Positions 28,217 to 36,538 of a DNA stretch of 64,000 nucleotides are shown piece by piece. Positions within the stretch are counted from its first letter, which is position 1, and each line of letters starts with the position of its first letter. The translations under genes were made by a program, and so were the position numbers. The notes below the pieces were generated by a model that saw only the letters and a list, made by a program, of their open reading frames with translations, had not been told where the DNA came from and made no database searches. The DNA is from an uncultured Candidatus Rokubacteria bacterium (GTDB lineage Bacteria > Methylomirabilota > Methylomirabilia > Rokubacteriales > DASRDR01): the NCBI GenBank assembly GCA_963826115.1, contig CAWGVS010000005.1, positions 1,152,001 through 1,216,000 of the forward strand, in the 5' to 3' direction.

Positions 28217-29217
28217 GCGTCCTCCGCCTCGAAGAGCTGAGCGCGCCGGCCCTCGACCGGCTCGACCGGGCCCGGACCCTGGCGGTGGTGGGCGTGAGCC
28301 CGCTCGAGCAGCACGGCCCCCACCTCCCCGTCGGGGTGGACTACATGGCGGCGCGCCACTTCGCGGAGGCGATCGCCGAGCGCATCGTCGCGCGGCGCCC
28401 GGACTGGACGGTCGTGCTGACGCCGACGCTGCCCCTCGGAAGCTTCACGTTCGACGCGGTGGGCACCATCGGCGTGCGCCAGCGTGTCGTCCGCGACGCG
28501 GTCGTGGATTACGGCGCGGCGCTCGCGCGTGCGGGGTTCCGGTACATCCTGGTGTCGAACGGGCATGCCGGGCCGGGGCACCTCGTGGCGCTCGAGGAGG
28601 CGGCGACGATCGTCTCGCGCCGGCACCGGGTCCAGATGGCCTCGTTCACCGGGCACATGGCGTGGGAGTTCCTCCGGGGGCGCTACGTCGCGCGCATCGA
28701 AGCCACGCTCGGCCGCGCGCTCACGGCGGAGGAGCGGCGGGCGCTCGCGGGCGACGCCCACGGCGGCTGGTGGGAGACATCCCTGATGCTGCTCCTGCGC
28801 CCGGACCTCGTGGACCCGGGCTACCGCGATCTACCTCCGGCCCGCTATCACCTCGCGCAGCGGCTCCGGCCGAACTATCCCCTGCGGGACGGCGGCCTCG
28901 GCTACGTCGGCGACCCGGCCCGCGCCGACCTCGCCTTCGCGAAGGCCACGCTCGAGGTGCTCATGGCCGAGGCGTGCGGCCTGACCGAGCGCCTGCTTGA
29001 CGGGCGCCTGGACGCCCGCCATCATCGGTCGCCGTTCTGGCGGGTCCCGTTCCTGCGAACCGACTTCTGGCCGGTGGCCGGCGCCGCCGCCGTCCTCGCG
29101 GCCCTGGCGGGGATCTGGCTCGGCCGGTCCCGCCGGCCCGCCGCGCCCGGGGCCGCGTCCACCCCGACCGGCCCGGAACCGACGTCCATCTCCGAGAAAG
29201 GAGCATCCTCCCGATGA
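28213..29217 (+). CDS. Creatininase-family amidohydrolase with a C-terminal TM anchor
   Basis: EQHGPHLPVGVD, SNGHAG, DAHGGWWETS, GYVGDP; WPVAGAAAVLAALAGIWLG tail. Confidence 0.85.
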   Translation: MSVLRLEELSAPALDRLDRARTLAVVGVSPLEQHGPHLPVGVDYMAARHFAEAIAERIVARRPDWTVVLTPTLPLGSFTFDAVGTIGVRQRVVRDAVVDYGAALARAGFRYILVSNGHAGPGHLVALEEAATIVSRRHRVQMASFTGHMAWEFLRGRYVARIEATLGRALTAEERRALAGDAHGGWWETSLMLLLRPDLVDPGYRDLPPARYHLAQRLRPNYPLRDGGLGYVGDPARADLAFAKATLEVLMAEACGLTERLLDGRLDARHHRSPFWRVPFLRTDFWPVAGAAAVLAALAGIWLGRSRRPAAPGAASTPTGPEPTSISEKGASSR

Positions 29218-30290
29218 CCGACGGTCCCCTCCTCGTATCCGCCGCTGCGCTCAAGGCCTTCATCGTCGCGGTGTTCGACCGGTGGGGCACGCCGCCCGCC
29301 GTCGCCGACCTCACCGCCGACCTGATGGTCCGGACGGACCTCCGCGGCGTCGATTCTCACGGCATCGGGATGCTCCCGACCTACCTCCGCTGGTATCGCC
29401 GCGGGTGGATCGTGCCGGGCGCCGAGCCCAAGGTGGCCCGCGACGAGGGCACGACGGCGGTCATCGACGGGCAGCAAGCGTTCGGCCACTACACGTCCAC
29501 GCTGGCCATGGAGCTCGCCATCGCCAAGGCTCGCGCCCACGGCGTGGGCTTCGTGACCTGCCGAAACTCGAACCACTACGGCGCAGCGGCCAACTACTCG
29601 ATGATGGCGCTTCCCCACGACATGATCGGGCTCAGCCTGACCAACTCCGGGCCGGCCGTCGTCCCGACCTACGGGCGCGAGGCCATGCTCGGCACCAACC
29701 CGATCTCGTTCGCCGCGCCCGCCGGGCGCCACTTCCCCTTCGTGCTGGACATGGCGACCAGCACGGTGGCGATCGGCAAGCTGACGGTGGCGCTCCGGTG
29801 GGGGAAGCCGATCCCGCCGGGCTGGGCCCTCGACGACGAGGGCCAGCCGACGACCGACCCGACCGTCGCGTACGAGAGGCGCCTCCTCACCCCGCTCGGC
29901 GCCACGCGCGACCTCGGAGGCCACAAGGGCTACGGCCTCGCGGTGATGGTGGACATCCTGTCCGGCGTCCTCGCCGGCGCGCTGTTCGCGGGCGTCCGCC
30001 AGCGCGACCCCGATCCCACCCGGGCGGACATCGGACACTTCTTCGGCGCAATCGACGTCGCCCGCTTCCGGGACCTCGCCGCATTCAAGGCCGACATGGA
30101 CGACCTCCTCCAGGCGCTGAAGGACTCGGCCAAGGCCGAGGGGCAGGAGCGCATCTACGTGGCCGGCGAGCCCGAATGGGAGTGCGAGGAGCGCCGGCGC
30201 CGCGATGGCGTTCCGCTCGCGCCCGGCCTGGTGGGCCAGCTCCGCGAGGTCTCGGCCGCGACCGCCGTCCCGTTCACGCTCGGCGCCTGA
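29214..30290 (+). CDS. Ldh_2 (ComC/AllD/YbiC-like) NAD(P)-dependent 2-hydroxyacid dehydrogenase
   Basis: RGVDSHG, NSNHYG, GTNPI, LDMATS, GHKGYGL. Confidence 0.9.
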   Translation: MTDGPLLVSAAALKAFIVAVFDRWGTPPAVADLTADLMVRTDLRGVDSHGIGMLPTYLRWYRRGWIVPGAEPKVARDEGTTAVIDGQQAFGHYTSTLAMELAIAKARAHGVGFVTCRNSNHYGAAANYSMMALPHDMIGLSLTNSGPAVVPTYGREAMLGTNPISFAAPAGRHFPFVLDMATSTVAIGKLTVALRWGKPIPPGWALDDEGQPTTDPTVAYERRLLTPLGATRDLGGHKGYGLAVMVDILSGVLAGALFAGVRQRDPDPTRADIGHFFGAIDVARFRDLAAFKADMDDLLQALKDSAKAEGQERIYVAGEPEWECEERRRRDGVPLAPGLVGQLREVSAATAVPFTLGA

Positions 30291-30300
30291 GGAGACATCC

Positions 30301-31293
30301 ATGCCCCAGTTCGCGTACTTCTGCGGTCACGAGCAGTTCCAGCCCGAGGTGCTCCTCGAGCACGCCGTCCTCGCCGAGTCGGTGGGCTTCGACGCGCTGA
30401 CGGTGTCCGACCACTTCCACCCGTGGGTCGACGACAAGTCCGCGTGCGGCTTCGCGTGGGCGTGGCTCGGAGCGCTCGCCGCGCGCACGCGGCGGATCCG
30501 CTTCGCGACCGCCGTCACCTGTCCCCTGCTCCACTACCACCCGGGCCTCGTGGCCCAGGCGGCGGCGACCGTGGACCGGCTCTCCGGCGGGCGGTTCGCC
30601 CTCGGCGTCGGCACCGGCGAGGGCATCAACGAGCGTCCGCTCGGCTTCACGTTCCCGGGCTACAAGGAGCGGGCGGGCCGCATGACCGAGGCGATCGCGA
30701 TCATGCGCGCCTTGCTCGCCGGCGAGAAGCTCGACTTCGCCGGCACGTACTACCGGACCGACAAGGCCCGCCTCTACAGCCCGCCGGTCGGGCGCGTGCC
30801 GATCTGGATGTCGGCCGGCGGGCCGCAGTCGGCGACCCTGGCGGGGCGCATCGCCGACGGGCTCATTCTGAGCGTGAAGGTCCCCGCCGAGGCGCGGGAG
30901 CAGATCATCGACCCGTTCCGGGCGGCCGCGCAGGCCGCCGGCCGGCCCGCGCCGACCCTGGTCGCGCAACGCTGGTCGATCCTCGCCGCCGACGAGGACG
31001 AGGCGTGGGAGGCGCTCCAGGCCTGGCGCGGGCTCCGCGTCGAGGGCCGCCTGGAGGAGGTGGATCCCGCCGTGCTGCGGGCCCGCGCCGACGCGATGGA
31101 CCGGCGCGAGATCATCGGCAAGTACGCGTGGGCGCGGCGACCCGAGGATCTCATCGCGATCTACCGGCCGCTCGTCGAGGTCGGCGCGGACATCGTCACG
31201 ATCCAGGTGACCTCGGTCGACCAGCCCAAGACGATCGAGGCGATCAGCCGAGAAGTCCTGCCGGCACTGCGTGCCATGGGGGTGCGGTCATGA
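30301..31293 (+). CDS. F420-dependent LLM oxidoreductase, G6PDH/Adf-like
   Basis: GHEQF.P, SDHFHPW, TAVTCP..HYHP, GVGTGE..NE, SAGGP. Confidence 0.9.
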   Translation: MPQFAYFCGHEQFQPEVLLEHAVLAESVGFDALTVSDHFHPWVDDKSACGFAWAWLGALAARTRRIRFATAVTCPLLHYHPGLVAQAAATVDRLSGGRFALGVGTGEGINERPLGFTFPGYKERAGRMTEAIAIMRALLAGEKLDFAGTYYRTDKARLYSPPVGRVPIWMSAGGPQSATLAGRIADGLILSVKVPAEAREQIIDPFRAAAQAAGRPAPTLVAQRWSILAADEDEAWEALQAWRGLRVEGRLEEVDPAVLRARADAMDRREIIGKYAWARRPEDLIAIYRPLVEVGADIVTIQVTSVDQPKTIEAISREVLPALRAMGVRS

Positions 31294-31943
31294 GGCTTGC
31301 GATCGTCTTCGCCGTCTGGGTCGCGCTCGCGGGATGCGCGGTCGAGTACACGCAGACCGACCTGATGGCGTTGAAGCGCGCGGACCGGCAGAGCCTGCGC
31401 GACGCCAAGGACGTGGCGGTCGTCATGTACCCGATCCCGTCGATGACCTTCAACGGCTACGTGGACGAGCGGTCCATCGGGGTCCTCACGCAGACGGGCA
31501 TCGAGGCGCCGCTGGACCGCATCCGGGAACGCATGGTCACGCGACTCACCGGATCACTCGGCTACCCGGCCGTGCTGCGTCAACCGCCGGCGATGGTGGC
31601 GGACTCCAGCGTCGACAGCCTCCGCGCCTCGATCAAGGCGCCGCTCATCCTCGACTTCGCCACGCGGTCCTGGGGCCTCGGGAACGTCAGCGGCGGGGGC
31701 GGCGAGCCGAAGCCGGACGCGCTCATCTACACCCACAACCACGTGCGCGCGCGCCTCGTCCGCCTGTCCGACGGCCAGATCCTGTGGCAGGCCATCTGCG
31801 GCCTCCGGGGCTACCCCGGCGATGAGACAGTGAAGTACGCCGACCTCATGGCGAGTGGCGGCGTGCTCCTCCGCCAGAAGCTGAACGCGGCCGCGGACCG
31901 CTGCGCGGACGAGCTCGTGGAGTTCTTCCAGGGCGCGGACTGA
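31290..31943 (+). CDS. Hypothetical lipoprotein
   Basis: MRLAIVFAVWVALAGC lipobox; ATGA overlap. Confidence 0.7.
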   Translation: MRLAIVFAVWVALAGCAVEYTQTDLMALKRADRQSLRDAKDVAVVMYPIPSMTFNGYVDERSIGVLTQTGIEAPLDRIRERMVTRLTGSLGYPAVLRQPPAMVADSSVDSLRASIKAPLILDFATRSWGLGNVSGGGGEPKPDALIYTHNHVRARLVRLSDGQILWQAICGLRGYPGDETVKYADLMASGGVLLRQKLNAAADRCADELVEFFQGAD

Positions 31944-31968
31944 GCGGGCGCGCGCGGGCGCCCGTCTC

Positions 31969-32397
31969 CTAGCGCCCGCGCGTCACTCCGACCGCGAGCA
32001 GCAGGACGGCGAGCGAGAGGAGCAGCACCACCCGGTCGAGAGCCCGGACGCCTCGGAGCGCCGCGCGGGGATCGGCGCCCGCCTCGATCGCGCGAACCGC
32101 GCGAGGCAGGAGGGCGAAGTCGCGGTGCGCCGCGAGGGAGAGCATCGCCAGGACCACGACCAGCTTCGCCGCCAGCCACGGGCTCGCGAACGACAGGTGC
32201 CGGATGTTCTCGAGCCCCGTCAGCGCGAGGATGACGAAGGCTGCCCACGCCACCACGCGGCCCCGGACGAGAACGCCGAGCGCGTCGCGGCCGCCCCTCG
32301 CGGCGGCCGGCAGGACGAGGTGGCTCGCGTAGAGAACCCCTCCGACCCAGGCCGTCGCGGCCACCACGTGGATCCAGACGACGACGAGACGAAGCAC
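31969..32397 (-). CDS. CopD/DUF4149-like 4-TM membrane protein
   Basis: WIHVVAATAWVGG, LTG, KLVVV...AHRDF. Confidence 0.72.
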   Translation of the reverse strand: MLRLVVVWIHVVAATAWVGGVLYASHLVLPAAARGGRDALGVLVRGRVVAWAAFVILALTGLENIRHLSFASPWLAAKLVVVLAMLSLAAHRDFALLPRAVRAIEAGADPRAALRGVRALDRVVLLLSLAVLLLAVGVTRGR

Positions 32398-32404
32398 CTC
32401 GGGC

Positions 32405-33094
32405 CTACCGGCCGAGCATCGCCGCCAGGGCCGACTCCTGATCCGCGAGGTCGGGGAACGCGTGGTCCGGTCGGTGTGCGACGAGGTCGTCCAGGCTGTG
32501 CCAGCCGGTGGCCACCGCGATCGCCGTCGCCCCGAACGCCCGCGCGCACCCGATGTCGCGCGGCGTATCGCCGATGATCACCGTGTCCGGGCCGCGGAAG
32601 ACGCGCCCCACGAGCCGCTCGGCCCGCTCCGCCGCCACGCGCGGGAGGCGCGTGCGGTCGGCGTGGTCGGAGCCGTATGCCCCGAGCCGAAAGTGCGGCC
32701 ACAACCCGGTCGGGCGCAGCTTGATCCGGGCGCCCGCCTCGATGTTGCCGGTGAGGAGCCCGACGACCACGTCGTCGCGGGCAGCGAGCGTCTCGACCAG
32801 GTCCCGGACGCCCGGGTACAGGCTGACGCCGCGCCCATCTCCGATCTCGGCCTCGAGCAGCCCCTCGTAGCGCCGGTAGACGTCCGCCTCGCCCGCCGCG
32901 ATCGCGTCCTCCGCCAGCCCCGCCCGCCCGAGCAGGTCGCGGATGATCTGGGGATCGGTGCCGCCGCGGAAGTCGTAGCCGTCGATCGGGCCCGCCGTCC
33001 CGTACACGTCGCGCATGGCCTGGTCGAGCGCGCGGCGCCCCGCGCCGCTCGCGGTGAGGAGCGTGCCGTCGATGTCGAAGAGGACCAGCTTCAC
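32405..33094 (-). CDS. HAD-superfamily phosphatase
   Basis: LFDIDGTLL, LLTGN, IIGDTPRD, AVATG. Confidence 0.9.
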   Translation of the reverse strand: MKLVLFDIDGTLLTASGAGRRALDQAMRDVYGTAGPIDGYDFRGGTDPQIIRDLLGRAGLAEDAIAAGEADVYRRYEGLLEAEIGDGRGVSLYPGVRDLVETLAARDDVVVGLLTGNIEAGARIKLRPTGLWPHFRLGAYGSDHADRTRLPRVAAERAERLVGRVFRGPDTVIIGDTPRDIGCARAFGATAIAVATGWHSLDDLVAHRPDHAFPDLADQESALAAMLGR

Positions 33095-33113
33095 GGGGCG
33101 CAAGCTCCGGGGC

Positions 33114-34284
33114 TCACGAGAAGGGGGACGCGGCCCGGAGTCGCTCGACGATCGGCGGGAGGTCGGCCAGCACCACGTCGACCTCGTCGGCGCTCGTCCA
33201 CCGGCCGAGCGTGAAGGCGAGCGCGCCCTGCGCCTCGCGGTCGGTGAAACCCATGGCCCGGAGCACGTGCGAGTGCTCGCCGGCGAGCGCCCCGCACGCC
33301 GTCCTCGACGCCGCGGAGATCCCGGCGAGGTCCAGCGCCAGGACCAGGCTCTCGCCCTTGACGCCCGGGACCACGAAGCCAGCGTGCTGCGGGAGCCGCT
33401 CGCGTCGCGGGCCGACCAGCCGCATCGCGGGACATCGCGCGCCGAGACCGTCCAGCAGCCGGTCGCGCAGGGTCTCGAGGCGCGCCGCCTCCGACGGACC
33501 CTCGCGAAACGCGAACTCCGCCGCCACGCCAAGGCCGATCGCGCCGGCCAGGTTCTCCGTGCCCGAGCGAAGCCCGCCCTCCTGCCCGCTGCCCAGGAGC
33601 TGCGGGGCGAGGCGGAGGCCCGAGCGCACCCACAGGGCCCCGACGCCGGGGGGGCCGTAGAGATCGTTCGCGCTGATCGTGAGGAGGTCGATCCCGTCGG
33701 CCTCCACCGCGATCGGGAGCCGACCCAGGAGGCCGACCGCGTCCAGGTGGAGCGGCACGCCGGCCTCGCGGGTCACGGCGGCGATGTGCCGCCAGGGCTG
33801 CACGGTCCCGGCTTCGCCGTTGGCGCCACCGATGGTGACGAGGCATGTGTCCGGCCGGAGGGCGTGGCGCACGTCGTCCGGCGAGATCCGCCCCTCGGAG
33901 TCGACCGGCACGGTCGTGACCTCGAATCCACGCTTCGCCAGGTCGACGACACGGCGCGAGGAGGGACGGATGCTCGACGGCGCTCGTCACGATGTGCCGG
34001 CCGGCTCCCCGATGGGCCCCGCCTTTGATGGCGAGGTTGTTCGCCTCGGTCGCGCCGCTGAGGAAGATGACGCCCTCGGGACGCCCCCCCACCAGCCGCC
34101 CGACCTTGGCACGAGCCGCGTGAAGTGACTCGCGCGCCTCCTCTCCCAGGCTGTGACGGGCGGCGGGATTCCCCACCCAGCCCTCCAGGAAAGGGCGCAT
34201 GACGCCCAGGACCCGGGGGTCGACCGGGGCGAAGTCCCAGTAGTCCAGGTAGGCCCGGCGGGCCGGCTGGACGCCCCGGCCCAG
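33114..34284 (-). pseudogene. iscS: IscS/NifS-like protein lacking the PLP lysine; single frameshift near 33946; start uncertain
   Basis: YLDY, GNP..H..G, SGATEANNL, SAVEHPS, then shifted frame: ANGEAGTVQ, HLDA, SANDLYGPPG, RSGTEN, SRTAC..SHVL.AMG. Confidence 0.8.
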
Positions 34285-34285
34285 C

Positions 34286-34543
34286 CTATCGGGTCTTCCG
34301 GACCAGGAAGCGGTAGATGGCGCCGTTCTTGGCGACTTCAAGGAGCTCGTTCCTCGTCCGGCGAGTCCAGCTGCGCATGTCGGGGTCGCTGGCCGGGTCG
34401 TCCGACAGGCCCTCCAGGACCTCCCCGACGGCCATGCCCCGGAGTGCGTCCCGGGTCATGACGATGGGCATGGGCCAGAAGAGCCCCAGGCAGTCCAGCG
34501 TCCGATGGGCTGACAGGGGCTGGACGGAGCCGGGGGTGCTCAC
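34286..34543 (-). CDS. tusA: TusA/SirA-family sulfur-carrier-like protein with CPxP changed to WPMP
   Basis: TLDCLGLFWPMPIV...GEVLE.LSDDPASDPDM.SW...YRFLVRK. Confidence 0.82.
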   Translation of the reverse strand: MSTPGSVQPLSAHRTLDCLGLFWPMPIVMTRDALRGMAVGEVLEGLSDDPASDPDMRSWTRRTRNELLEVAKNGAIYRFLVRKTR

Positions 34544-34551
34544 GCGAGGCC

Positions 34552-34581
34552 ACGCTACTGTAGGGTTGCGCAGCGTGTCAA
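34552..34581 (-). promoter_or_regulatory. Sigma70-type promoter for the tusA-iscS-HAD-copD-like operon, probably leaderless
   Basis: TTGACA-N18-TAGCGT, 8 nt before the GTG at 34543. Confidence 0.6.
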
Positions 34582-34716
34582 GATCGGTTCCAGGGCAATT
34601 CCGGAGCATAGAACTCTTCCACAAATACCTTGACTCATCCGGGGCATCAGTGGAACCATGTGGATCAATCCTGAATAGTCCACAATAAAGGCGAGATCAG
34701 AATCGAGAACCAGGCG

Positions 34717-35277
34717 ATGGAACCAGTTGACCGGAAAGGCCGAGGCGGCGGCGAGATCCTGACCATCCGCGAGGTGGCCGGGTACCTCAAGCTGCCCGTG
34801 TCCACCGTCTACCGCCTGGCCGAGCGGCGGGATCTGCCCGGCCACAAGGTGGGACGTCAGTGGCGCTTCCACAAGTCCGTCCTGGACGACTGGTTCCGCC
34901 AGCACGCCGCGACCAGCCGGTCCTCGGTCCTCGTGGTCGATGACGAGGAGGCCATCCGGGAGCTGATGGTGACCGCCCTCGCCTCCAAGACCCGGGACGT
35001 GCTCACGGCGGGGAGCGGCGACGAGGCCCTCGAGATCGTCAAGCGGACCGACATCGACCTCGTCCTCCTGGACCTCTCCATGCCGGGCATGAACGGCGTG
35101 GACACGTTCCGCGAGATCCACTCCCTCCGCCCGTCCCTGCCGGTCATGATCGTGACCGCCTATCCCGACTCTGACCTCATGGCCAAGGCGCTCGAGATCG
35201 GCCCGTTCACGATGATCTCGAAGCCGGTGGACCTCGCCCAGATCCAGAAGACGGTCGATCGCATCGTCGGCAGCTGA
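34717..35277 (+). CDS. Excisionase-type HTH (HTH_17) plus receiver-domain regulator
   Basis: ILTIREVAGYLKL..STVYRLA...LPGHKVGRQWRF, then VVDDE, LLDLSMP, VTA, SKP. Confidence 0.9.
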   Translation: MEPVDRKGRGGGEILTIREVAGYLKLPVSTVYRLAERRDLPGHKVGRQWRFHKSVLDDWFRQHAATSRSSVLVVDDEEAIRELMVTALASKTRDVLTAGSGDEALEIVKRTDIDLVLLDLSMPGMNGVDTFREIHSLRPSLPVMIVTAYPDSDLMAKALEIGPFTMISKPVDLAQIQKTVDRIVGS

Positions 35278-35287
35278 CCTCGTCGGC

Positions 35288-35316
35288 TTGACCGCGCCGA
35301 CCCCCCCTGCTATCAC
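35288..35316 (+). promoter_or_regulatory. Sigma70-type promoter
   Basis: TTGACC-N17-TATCAC with TG extension, upstream of the citrate synthase. Confidence 0.5.
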
Positions 35317-35398
35317 AGAAGCGCGGCGGCGCCCCTCTCTCGACCCCGCACTCCCGCCGGGCTGAAGACCGGTCGCGCTTCCCGAGAAAGGCGAAGGC

Positions 35399-36538
35399 AT
35401 GCCAGGAATCGAGGGCGGGCTGATTCGAGGGCTCGAGGGCGTCGTCGCGGCCACCACGCGGCTCTGCGACCTCGACGGCGTCAACGGGCGGCTCGCCTAC
35501 CAGGGGTACGGGATCGAGGACCTGGCGCGCCACGCCTCGTTCGAGGAGGTCGTGTGGCTCCTCTGGCACGGCGACCTTCCGACCGCGGCCGAGCTCGCCG
35601 CCTTCCGGAAGGAGCTGGTCGAGGCGGCTCCCCTCCCCCCCGAAGCGGTGAAGGTGCTGAAGCTCCTCCCGCGGACCATGCATCCGATGCGGGCGCTCCA
35701 GCTGGGCGTGGCCCTCCTGGGCGGGCTCGACCCCGACGCCGAGGACGACTCGCCCGAGGCGAACCGGCGGAAGGCGACGCGTCTCGTCGCCCGGGTCTCC
35801 TCTCTGACCACCGCCTTCCACCGCATCCGGAGCGGGCGCCGGCCCGTCGCCCCGCGGCCCGATCTCTCGCACGCCGCCAACTTCCTCTACACGCTGACGG
35901 GACGGAAGCCTCGGGTCGTGCCCGCGCGGGCCTTCGACGCGGCCCTCGTCCTCTACGCGGAGCACGAGCTGAACGCCTCGACGTTCACCGCCCGCGTGGT
36001 GGCGTCGACCCTCGCCGACATGCACTCGGCGGTCTCGGCGGCCGTCGGCGCACTCAAGGGGCCGCTCCACGGGGGCGCGGGCGAGGCGGTGATGCGGACC
36101 CTCGAGGAGATCGGCACGCCGGACGCCGCGGACGCGTTCACGCGCCAGGCCCTCGCGGACAAGCGCCGCCTGATGGGATTCGGGCATCGCGTCTATAAGG
36201 CCGGGGACCCGCGGGCCAAGATCCTCCGGACGCTCGCCGCCAAGGCGTGCCGCAACTCCTCCGAGGCCGTCTGGTACGAGGTCGCCCTCAAGCTCCACGA
36301 GGCGGTGAACCGCGAAAAGGGCCTCATCCCGAACGTCGACTTCTACTCGGCCCCGCTCTTCAAGGCGCTCGGCATCCCGGTGGACCTGTTCGTCCCCGTG
36401 ATCGCGGTGTCCCGCATCGCCGGCTGGACCGCCAACCTGCTCGAGCAGTACCGGGACAACCGCCTGATCCGGCCCCGCGCCGACTACGTCGGGCCGGCCC
36501 AGCGAGAGTTCCGGCCGCTCGCGGCGCGCGGCGCGTGA
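35399..36538 (+). CDS. Citrate/2-methylcitrate synthase (PrpC-like)
   Basis: GLEGVVA, EHELNASTF, GPLHGGA, GFGHRVYK..DPR, PNVDF, LIRP. Confidence 0.9.
   Translation: MPGIEGGLIRGLEGVVAATTRLCDLDGVNGRLAYQGYGIEDLARHASFEEVVWLLWHGDLPTAAELAAFRKELVEAAPLPPEAVKVLKLLPRTMHPMRALQLGVALLGGLDPDAEDDSPEANRRKATRLVARVSSLTTAFHRIRSGRRPVAPRPDLSHAANFLYTLTGRKPRVVPARAFDAALVLYAEHELNASTFTARVVASTLADMHSAVSAAVGALKGPLHGGAGEAVMRTLEEIGTPDAADAFTRQALADKRRLMGFGHRVYKAGDPRAKILRTLAAKACRNSSEAVWYEVALKLHEAVNREKGLIPNVDFYSAPLFKALGIPVDLFVPVIAVSRIAGWTANLLEQYRDNRLIRPRADYVGPAQREFRPLAARGA

Noticed and set aside
28213-29217. Creatininase as mycofactocin MftE
   Set aside because: No mftA, mftB, mftC, mftD or mftF in the window; both radical SAM genes are CofG and CofH.
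34600-34700. Replication origin from DnaA-box-like TCCACA motifs
   Set aside because: Boxes are few and degenerate, the region is short, and there is no dnaA, dnaN or clear unwinding element.
34717-35277. Excisionase-like HTH as a sign of a prophage or ICE
   Set aside because: It is fused to a receiver domain; no integrase, att site, tRNA or phage genes nearby.
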